From positions 51,207-115,206 of the forward strand of contig SVKA01000002.1 of NCBI GenBank assembly GCA_015068725.1: a DNA stretch of 64,000 bases, given 5' to 3'. The notes beneath the pieces were generated by a model that saw only the letters and a program-made list of their open reading frames with translations, did no database searches and was not told the DNA's origin. Positions within the stretch are counted from its first letter, which is position 1. Each line of letters starts with the position of its first letter. The DNA is from Oscillospiraceae bacterium. Lineage in GTDB: Bacteria > Bacillota > Clostridia > UBA1381 > UMGS1253. A program made the translations under genes and the position numbers. This document shows positions 57,495 to 64,000 of the stretch, piece after piece.

Positions 57495-57523
57495 ATGATA
57501 CTACTTTTAAAAATCAAAGTCAA
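57495..57523 (-). promoter_or_regulatory. Near-consensus sigma-A promoter dedicated to the small-peptide gene
   Basis: Minus strand: TTGACT, 17 nt, TATCAT, located between the BY-kinase stop (57552) and the peptide ATG. Confidence 0.6.
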
Positions 57524-57551
57524 CACATTTTTAAAATATTAATATTATCTT

Positions 57552-58400
57552 TTATTTGTTTTCCTTGTTTGATTGCTCTTGTTTTTTTATTTTCTCTTCG
57601 GATTTTCTCTTTTTGACACCTTCATAGCCGTAACCGTATCCATATCCATATCCATATCCATAAGCATAGCCATATGATTTTTTGTTGTAGCTATATTTTC
57701 CCCCGGCTTTTATTTCGCTTCCGTTTACAACCAGACCAAGTATTTTTATATCCGCAAATTTAATTATTCCAAGAGCATTTTTAAGCATGTCGTGCGTAGT
57801 GTTATTTTCTCTGACAACAACCACCGCTCCCGAGCAGAATCTTGCAGTTACAACGGCATCTGTTACTACATTAACAGGCGGTGCATCAATAAAGATATAA
57901 TCATAATTCTCCGAAAGCTTTGAAAGCAAATTTTCCATCCCATTCGAGCCCAACAGCTCGGCAGGATTTGGCGGAATACTTCCCGACATAATACAGTCAA
58001 TGGATTTATCCTCAACATGCTTTATTATACTGTTATACTCCTTTACAAAGCCACCAAGATAATCCGATATGCCTTCGGCTTGCTCAATATCAAGGTAGCT
58101 TCCCACCTTCGGCTTTCTGAGGTCGCCATCAATAATCAAAACTCTGTTTCCCGCCTGCGCAAACGATATTGCCATATTTATACACGTTGTCGTCTTTCCT
58201 TCTCCGGGCATGGCGCTTGTGCATATGATAGTTTTACAACCCTCTTTCTCATGAAACGAAAACATTATATTCGTTCTCATAGCCTTGTACGCTTCATTAA
58301 CAACAAATTCCGTTTCGTCATGAAGGATATTTGCACTGCTTGATTCATATGTTATTTTTTCAAGGTTCTTTTTAGCTTTGTTTACGAATGGATTAAACAT
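57552..58400 (-). CDS. CpsD/CapB/YwqD-type bacterial tyrosine kinase (BY-kinase catalytic subunit)
   Basis: Walker A SAMPGEGKTTT, Walker A' LIIDGDLRKP, Walker B YIFIDAPP, and a C-terminal Tyr cluster SYGYAYGYGYGYGYGYGYE. ATG at 58400 lies 9 nt after AAGGAG. Confidence 0.9.
   Translation of the reverse strand: MFNPFVNKAKKNLEKITYESSSANILHDETEFVVNEAYKAMRTNIMFSFHEKEGCKTIICTSAMPGEGKTTTCINMAISFAQAGNRVLIIDGDLRKPKVGSYLDIEQAEGISDYLGGFVKEYNSIIKHVEDKSIDCIMSGSIPPNPAELLGSNGMENLLSKLSENYDYIFIDAPPVNVVTDAVVTARFCSGAVVVVRENNTTHDMLKNALGIIKFADIKILGLVVNGSEIKAGGKYSYNKKSYGYAYGYGYGYGYGYGYEGVKKRKSEEKIKKQEQSNKENK
57624..57674. repeat. Hexanucleotide-like coding repeat encoding the (YG)n tyrosine cluster
   Basis: atagccgtaaccgtatccatatccatatccatatccataagcatagccata encodes YGYAYGYGYGYGYGYGY on the minus strand. 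Confidence 0.85.
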
Positions 58401-58442
58401 CTGCAAATACTCCTTAACAAAAATGATACCCTATCTCAAAAA

Positions 58443-59126
58443 CTATTTTCTAATCTCCGGAATATTTCCTATTACAGGTATTCCATACATCTGCTCAAGG
58501 TCATTATCAGGCTTTATCCTCAAATCAAAAAACTCAATCAAAAATGCCAGTGCGCAACCTATAACAACGCCCATAAACAATCCAAGAGCGGTATTTCTCA
58601 TGACATTAGGATAACTCGGCAATATCGGAAGCTTTCCTTTGTCAACAACCGCAGCCTCACCCGCCTTGACGATTTCTTTTATTTTTTGCGGAGCAACGTC
58701 CAAAACCGCATTTGTAATTGCCTGTGCCAATTCAGGATTGCGATTTGACGCACTCACCTCTAAAACCTCTGTCTCATTTTTTACAGAAAATGACAGATTA
58801 GAGCGCAACACCCCTGCAGATGCAATATTATAACCGTCATTTATAAGCTTTTGTCTTACCTGTTCAAGTACACTGTCGCTTTTTGCAAGCTCAATATACG
58901 TTTCACTGAAACGTGCATTGGCATTTAAAGTTGATAAAGTAATTTTTTCAAGATCTATCTCGGCAGAGCTTATATAGAAGCTTCCCTTTGAAACATATAT
59001 TTCATCGGCAAAATATTCTGAATATGTATACATCGAGCCTGCGCCCACCACGGCAGTAATAACTATAATCCACCACCATTTAAGACACATTTTCAATATA
59101 TCAAGTATATTTATATTATCACTCAT
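58443..59126 (-). CDS. Wzz/CpsC/YwqC-type chain-length determinant (BY-kinase transmembrane modulator)
   Basis: N-terminal TM (WWWIIVITAVVGAGSMY), a periplasm-like helical domain, and a C-terminal TM (ALGLFMGVVIGCALAFLIEFF). Directly upstream of the kinase. Start at the ATG at 59124-59126. Confidence 0.85.
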   Translation of the reverse strand: MSDNINILDILKMCLKWWWIIVITAVVGAGSMYTYSEYFADEIYVSKGSFYISSAEIDLEKITLSTLNANARFSETYIELAKSDSVLEQVRQKLINDGYNIASAGVLRSNLSFSVKNETEVLEVSASNRNPELAQAITNAVLDVAPQKIKEIVKAGEAAVVDKGKLPILPSYPNVMRNTALGLFMGVVIGCALAFLIEFFDLRIKPDNDLEQMYGIPVIGNIPEIRK

Positions 59127-59314
59127 TTTGTTTTGCTCCATTCCTGTGATTATACTTTTGCACAAAACTATTCATTTTTTATTATACACCAATAAAATTG
59201 ATATGTAAAGCAAAATCGTTCAAAATTTTTTATTTTTTTCTTATTTAACGGAAATATTTTTTTCACCCAAAAATATATATAAATAAACAAAGCTGAAATA
59301 GGTGGGTAGGACTT

Positions 59315-60841
59315 TTGAAAAAACGACTTTTTATAAAAAACGCAGCAATACTTACATTTACCGGCATCATACTGCGTGTGATAGGAATATTTTTCAGAAT
59401 TTATATCTCAAAAACTATCGGAGCCGAGGGAATGGGTCTTCATCAGCTCATTTTTTCAATATACACCTTTGCAAGCGCCGTTGCCTCCTCGGGGGTAAGC
59501 GTCGCTGTTACACGGCTCGTTTCCGAAAAAAATGCAAGCAAAAACGCCGCAGACAAAATCCTTTCACGCGCCCTTTTCATAAGTATGTTTCTTGGACTTT
59601 TATCATTTACGCTTATGTTTTTTGGCGCTGATTTCATCGCAGAAAAATGGCTCTGCGACATGCGGGCTGCACGTTCTTTGAAAATTTTATCAACCGGGCT
59701 TCCGTTTATGGCTCTTTGCTCGTGCTTTAAAGGTTATTTTACCGCTCGGCGCAAAATGTCAACCCCTTCAAACTCCCAGCTTTTTGAACAGCTTGTGCGA
59801 ATTTTTGTCGTGGTAATCCTTCTTGGACACATAAGCACAGATGACCTTGACGCAGCATGCAGTGCAGTCGTATGCGGAAACGCACTATCAGAGGTGGCGG
59901 CATTTATATATATCTACATCGGCTACGTACGCGACAAAAAGCTGCTTTGTGAGGGAAAGGAAGCCCCTGCACACGTTATGCGCTCTCTTGTCTATATATT
60001 TATACCCATAGCACTGAGCACATATTTAAATACTGCGCTTCATACAATAGAGAATGTAATGGTGCCAGATGCGCTCACCCGCTATACGCAAATCCGCGAG
60101 CTGTCTTTATCACAATTTGGTACATTAAAAGGAATGGCGCTGCCACTTTTGTTTTTTCCCGCCTCTTTTATCGGTACGCTCAGCACTCTTTTGATGCCTG
60201 AAATATCAGCTTATAGTGCAAATAAACAGTATAGCGCCTTAAAATCAACTATAAATTATACTCTGCTCATAACCTTGCTTACCTCTATACCAATAAGTGC
60301 AATTTTTTGTCTTTATGCAAATGAAATTGCACTTCTCGTATACAAAAACGCCGAGGTCGGCATCTATATAAAAACGCTTGCACCAATTCTTCCGTTTATG
60401 TATACAGAGGGCATAATTGCAGGCATATTAAACGCATTAAACAAACAGGCGGCATCACTTCGCTATAATTTGTATAATTCTGCGGTGCGTATAACACTTA
60501 TAACAATTTTTGTGCCAGGCTTTGGGATGCGTGCATTTGTTTTAATTATGATTGTATCAAATATTATGACCTCATCTCTTAATATGCGCCAGCTTATTTT
60601 GGCAACAAATATGAGCTTTGATATAAAAAAACTTATTATAAAGCCTATTTTGGCTGTTTTACCCGCACTGCTTTGTGCGTATTTATTAAAAGCACCGTTT
60701 GAAAAAATATTTATAAACAATCTGGTATCCCTTATCCTTGGAATATTCATTTTGTGCGCCGTATACATATGCTTTATCCTTTTATTTAAATGTATAACAA
60801 AAAATGATATGCGTCCTATTTTGCACAAAAACAGGAGGTAG
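59315..60841 (+). CDS. spoVB: Stage V sporulation protein B-like MOP/MurJ-superfamily flippase
   Basis: 508 aa with about 14 TM helices. The N-terminus LRVIGIFFRIYISKTIGAEGMGLHQLIFSIY matches the SpoVB pattern. Followed by spmA and spmB. TTG start. Confidence 0.75.
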   Translation: MKKRLFIKNAAILTFTGIILRVIGIFFRIYISKTIGAEGMGLHQLIFSIYTFASAVASSGVSVAVTRLVSEKNASKNAADKILSRALFISMFLGLLSFTLMFFGADFIAEKWLCDMRAARSLKILSTGLPFMALCSCFKGYFTARRKMSTPSNSQLFEQLVRIFVVVILLGHISTDDLDAACSAVVCGNALSEVAAFIYIYIGYVRDKKLLCEGKEAPAHVMRSLVYIFIPIALSTYLNTALHTIENVMVPDALTRYTQIRELSLSQFGTLKGMALPLLFFPASFIGTLSTLLMPEISAYSANKQYSALKSTINYTLLITLLTSIPISAIFCLYANEIALLVYKNAEVGIYIKTLAPILPFMYTEGIIAGILNALNKQAASLRYNLYNSAVRITLITIFVPGFGMRAFVLIMIVSNIMTSSLNMRQLILATNMSFDIKKLIIKPILAVLPALLCAYLLKAPFEKIFINNLVSLILGIFILCAVYICFILLFKCITKNDMRPILHKNRR

Positions 60842-60849
60842 CTGTAATT

Positions 60850-61455
60850 ATGCTAAACTACATCTGGTCTTTTATGATACTTATTTCCATCATCTTTGCC
60901 ATGATAAACGGACGCCTTGACGTACTCGCCACCCAAGCGCTCGACGCATCAAAAGATGCTGTATCTATGATAATCTCTCTTAGCGGAGCGATGTGCTTTT
61001 GGAGCGGCATGCTAAAAATCGCCGAGCAGGGCGGTCTTACACGCGCACTTGCAAAATTCTTAAAACCACTTACACGGTTGCTTTTTCCAAGCGTTCCTTC
61101 AAACTCGGACGCTGCAGGAGCTATAATATCAAATATGAGCGCAAATATGCTCGGCATGGGCAACGCTGCAACACCTTTTGGCATAAAAGCAATGCAGGAG
61201 CTTGATATATTAAACCGCCACTCCCCTTATGCGTCAGATGCTATGTGTATGTTTGTCGTTATAAACACAGCCTCAATACAGCTTATCCCAACAACTATGA
61301 TTGCTCTTTTAAGCGGAGCAGGAGCAAACAACCCATTTGATATAATCCTGCCTACGCTCATAAGCTCGTTTACATCGCTTATATTTGGAGCACTTTTATG
61401 CAGTGCACTTTCTCATACAAGCAAATCCCCACCGCTTAAAAGAGGTGTCAAATGA
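60850..61455 (+). CDS. spmA: Spore maturation protein A (nucleoside-recognition domain)
   Basis: MLNYIWSFMILISIIFAMINGR..., GNAATPFGIKAM. Paired with spmB. Confidence 0.85.
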   Translation: MLNYIWSFMILISIIFAMINGRLDVLATQALDASKDAVSMIISLSGAMCFWSGMLKIAEQGGLTRALAKFLKPLTRLLFPSVPSNSDAAGAIISNMSANMLGMGNAATPFGIKAMQELDILNRHSPYASDAMCMFVVINTASIQLIPTTMIALLSGAGANNPFDIILPTLISSFTSLIFGALLCSALSHTSKSPPLKRGVK

Positions 61456-61985
61456 AAACTCTCGCATTTATATGTTCATCATCAATTCCTGTTATAATCT
61501 TTATTATAATAGCTCTCGGACTTATAAAAAAGATTGCGGTGTTTGACGCTTTCTGTATTGGTGCAAAGGAAGGGCTTAAAACATCTGTTTCAATAATTAC
61601 GCCAATAATCGGCCTTATGAGTGGGATTGCTATGCTTCGCGCTTCAGGCGCGCTCGATGCACTTACATATTTAATCGCCCCGTTAACAAGGCTAATCGGT
61701 CTTAACGAAAACCTTCTGCCGCTTGCACTGCTCAGACCCATATCGGGCAGTGGCTCTATCGGCATAGTAACCGAGCTTGTAAATCATTTTGGCGCAGACA
61801 GTGCCCTTTCAAAAACAGCGTGCGTTATGGCAGGCTCAACAGAAACGACCTTTTATACACTCGCTGTGTATTTCGGCGCAGTAGGCATAAAAAAAACGCG
61901 CCACAGCGTAACGGCGGCGCTATTAACAGATGTGGCAAGCGTTGTAATATCCCTTATTGTGTGCAATATTTTTTTTGGAAGATAA
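61452..61985 (+). CDS. spmB: Spore maturation protein B
   Basis: ATGA overlap with spmA. LLRPISGSGSIG and AGSTETTFY motifs. Confidence 0.85.
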   Translation: MKTLAFICSSSIPVIIFIIIALGLIKKIAVFDAFCIGAKEGLKTSVSIITPIIGLMSGIAMLRASGALDALTYLIAPLTRLIGLNENLLPLALLRPISGSGSIGIVTELVNHFGADSALSKTACVMAGSTETTFYTLAVYFGAVGIKKTRHSVTAALLTDVASVVISLIVCNIFFGR

Positions 61986-62021
61986 CAAATACCACATATA
62001 AAAATAAAGGAGGAATAAAAA

Positions 62022-62888
62022 ATGGTATATACATACGCAAACGTACTCGATGACATCGCAAAGCTTTATGACAATTACGATTTTATGCAGTTTTTCAAAT
62101 TCGGTCAAAGCGTAATGGGAAGGCCACTATACGGGATAAAAATCGGAACGGGTCCAAAAAAAGTGCTCTATGTCGGAGCACATCATTCGCTCGAATGGCT
62201 TACAAGCGCAATGCTGATGGAATTTGTAGCTATCTATGGCGATGCAATAAAAAACAACAAGCAGTTATGCAGTGTAAACGCTAAAGAGCTTTTTGAAAAA
62301 ACAACGATGTATATAATCCCAATGCTCAATCCCGACGGAGTCGACCTTGTAGCAGGAAAAATCCCCAAAGACAACCCATATATGATGCGCCTTATGGAAA
62401 TGTTTGGCGACATAGATTTTGCAAATGTGTGGCAGGCAAATATAAACGGTGTCGATTTAAACCACAACTATGACGCAAGCTTTGCGCCGATACTTCCATC
62501 ACCTGCACCTTCACGCTACAGCGGCCCCTATCCCGAAAGTGAGCCTGAAAGCCGCGCTCTTGTAGCGCTTACACGCGCGCTTAATCCCGACCTTGTAATT
62601 GCATTTCATTCACAGGGACGCGAAATTTATTATGATTTTGAAGGGCAAATTCCACCAAACGGCAAAGAGCTTGCCGATGAATTTGCGCGTATATCGGGCT
62701 ATACCCCCGCGCAGCCTATTGGCAGTGCTGCCTTTGGCGGATACAAGGATTGGTTTATAAAAGAGTTTAACAAACCCGGCTTCACAATCGAAATCGGTCT
62801 TGGCAAAAACCCCATCGGCTTTGACCAGCTCGAAACAGTAGTCAAGGAAAATACATGCGTTATGATATATGCCGCAGCTAATGCGTAA
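62022..62888 (+). CDS. M14 zinc carboxypeptidase family protein (gamma-D-glutamyl-diamino-acid endopeptidase-like)
   Basis: Zinc ligands HHSLEW (HxxE) and AFHSQG, and PMLNPDGVDL. No signal peptide. Confidence 0.8.
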   Translation: MVYTYANVLDDIAKLYDNYDFMQFFKFGQSVMGRPLYGIKIGTGPKKVLYVGAHHSLEWLTSAMLMEFVAIYGDAIKNNKQLCSVNAKELFEKTTMYIIPMLNPDGVDLVAGKIPKDNPYMMRLMEMFGDIDFANVWQANINGVDLNHNYDASFAPILPSPAPSRYSGPYPESEPESRALVALTRALNPDLVIAFHSQGREIYYDFEGQIPPNGKELADEFARISGYTPAQPIGSAAFGGYKDWFIKEFNKPGFTIEIGLGKNPIGFDQLETVVKENTCVMIYAAANA

Positions 62889-62891
62889 AAT

Positions 62892-62919
62892 AAAAGGGAC
62901 TGTAATCAGTCCCTTTTTT
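62892..62919. terminator. Bidirectional terminator
   Basis: AAAAGGGACTG-TAAT-CAGTCCCTTTTTT between convergent genes. Confidence 0.7.
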
Positions 62920-62930
62920 CATTTACTTTA

Positions 62931-63974
62931 TTAAATTTCACACTCGATGCACTGTCCAAGCTCTACCGATTTAAACGAAGCTTCCATAACCTTCATAACG
63001 CGCATAACTTCGTCATGACGTACAAGCTGCTCTTCTTTTCCTTCAATTGCCGCACACACATTTCTGTAAAAATCATGTACGTCGGATTTTGGAATATCAA
63101 GCTCATATGTGTCAAGCGTAATCTCATCACGCGGAGCCATTGTCTTTGTAAGACCGGCAGCTGTCTGAACGGGCAAGACATCACTTTCGTGCCACGCCTT
63201 ACATTTTGCCACCTGACACTTTTCACGCCAGTCTGTAATAAGCGCACTACCGTTTTTAGCCTGCATATAAAATCTTGGAAGCGCAATAAAATTATATGTG
63301 CCAACCTCGATATAAGCCTGCGCGCCATCCTCGAATGTAAGCTCCAATTTGAAACCATCATCAACCTCAAAATTCGTCGTATGCTCAAAACGGCAATAAA
63401 GCTTTGTAATCTTCTGCTTGAATATCTGAAGCATCTGGTCAATAAGGTGTACACCCCAGTCAAAGAGCATGCCGCCGCCGTATTCCTTCTCACCTCTCCA
63501 GTCGCTTGGAATACCGCGCGAGCCATGAATTCTTGACTCGATATTTAAAACCTTGCCAATCTCACCGCTGTCAGCAAGCTGTTTCATTGCAAGAAAGTCA
63601 ACATCCCAGCGTCTGTTCTGATGAACTGTAAATAGCTTGCCGCATCTTTTTGAAGCGTCAATCATTTCCTGAAGGTCAGTGCTTGAAAGAGTAACAGGCT
63701 TTTCACATATAACGTTTTTGCCTGCCTCAAGGCATTTTATAACGAGCTCTTTGTGTATATCATTAGGTACAGCAATCGTAACAAGGTCGATACTCTCATC
63801 ACAAAGAAGAGCATCGAGTGAATCATACGCAAAAATATTGTTTTCGCGTGCGACAACTCGTCTTTCTTCTTTAATGTCATATATGCCGGCAAGCTCTACA
63901 ACATCGCTTACAAGAGCATTTTTTACATGCCAGCCACCCATACCGCCATAACCTATTACACCAAGTCTATGCAT
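62931..63974 (-). CDS. Gfo/Idh/MocA family NAD(P)-dependent oxidoreductase
   Basis: LGVIGYGGMGGWH Rossmann N-terminus, EKP motif (ICEKPV), and a C-terminal alpha/beta dimerisation domain. Confidence 0.85.
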   Translation of the reverse strand: MHRLGVIGYGGMGGWHVKNALVSDVVELAGIYDIKEERRVVARENNIFAYDSLDALLCDESIDLVTIAVPNDIHKELVIKCLEAGKNVICEKPVTLSSTDLQEMIDASKRCGKLFTVHQNRRWDVDFLAMKQLADSGEIGKVLNIESRIHGSRGIPSDWRGEKEYGGGMLFDWGVHLIDQMLQIFKQKITKLYCRFEHTTNFEVDDGFKLELTFEDGAQAYIEVGTYNFIALPRFYMQAKNGSALITDWREKCQVAKCKAWHESDVLPVQTAAGLTKTMAPRDEITLDTYELDIPKSDVHDFYRNVCAAIEGKEEQLVRHDEVMRVMKVMEASFKSVELGQCIECEI

Positions 63975-64000
63975 AACTACACCAATCCTTTTATTTTTTT

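Noticed and set aside
57461-57526. The 22 N-terminal codons of the 63-aa track ORF (MLTLIFKSSIIYVSGVERRVFF)
   Set aside because: This stretch overlies the -10 and -35 elements and the RBS of the downstream ATG at 57460. The shorter 41-aa ORF is the supported one.
1-64000. Prophage, ICE, transposon, integron, defence island (RM, CRISPR, Abi, retron, CBASS)
   Set aside because: I recognised no integrase, transposase, recombinase, reverse transcriptase, methyltransferase/endonuclease pair, cyclase/effector pair or phage structural gene. The only tRNA (Gln) has no adjacent integrase or direct-repeat att-like duplication that I could see.

Overview
This window looks like a mostly core, syntenic chromosomal segment of a low-GC, endospore-forming Firmicute. 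Class Clostridia is my inference, based on gpr, spoVB, spmA/spmB, ylmC, a Spo0E-like mini-ORF, an SLH-domain wall protein and AddAB. I count about 58 protein genes and one tRNA-Gln(CUG). I saw no rRNA, CRISPR array, transposase, integrase or phage genes. Layout: yajC (cut by the window edge); a secreted BNR/Asp-box protein; nrdR, ylmC, rpmF, yceD; addB-addA; lgt; an M16 peptidase pair; gpr. A 7-9 gene glycogen block follows (glgB-glgC-glgD-glgA-glgP-GH13, plus a coupled flavoprotein and a C_GCAxxG_C_C protein). Next are two AraC regulators around an unknown 267-aa protein; trmL, degV; tRNA-Gln; infC(ATT start)-rpmI-rplT with an upstream attenuator leader; comEC-holA; an NlpC/P60 hydrolase; nagA plus an MFS transporter. 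Then ftsH-hpt-tilS-dnaB-rplI-gdpP-yybS; a Wzz/BY-kinase pair; and spoVB-spmA-spmB. The best candidate for something undescribed is at 55.5-57.5 kb. It is a promoter-to-terminator unit encoding a 41-aa hyper-acidic peptide (own near-consensus promoter, strong RBS, trailing hairpin), an SLH wall protein with a (GGGGSA)n tail, and a translationally overlapped HPr-kinase-like P-loop protein. Secondary oddities: a ~50-bp terminator-containing direct repeat bracketing an AraC plus unknown-gene cassette; a 19-codon SGNH-hydrolase N-terminal remnant with an intact promoter and RBS in front of an AraC gene that has no ATG start; and an unlisted Spo0E-like ORF. All family calls come from motif recognition by eye. 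No alignments, HMM searches or folding computations were run. Several ORF-track starts were corrected using RBS position.
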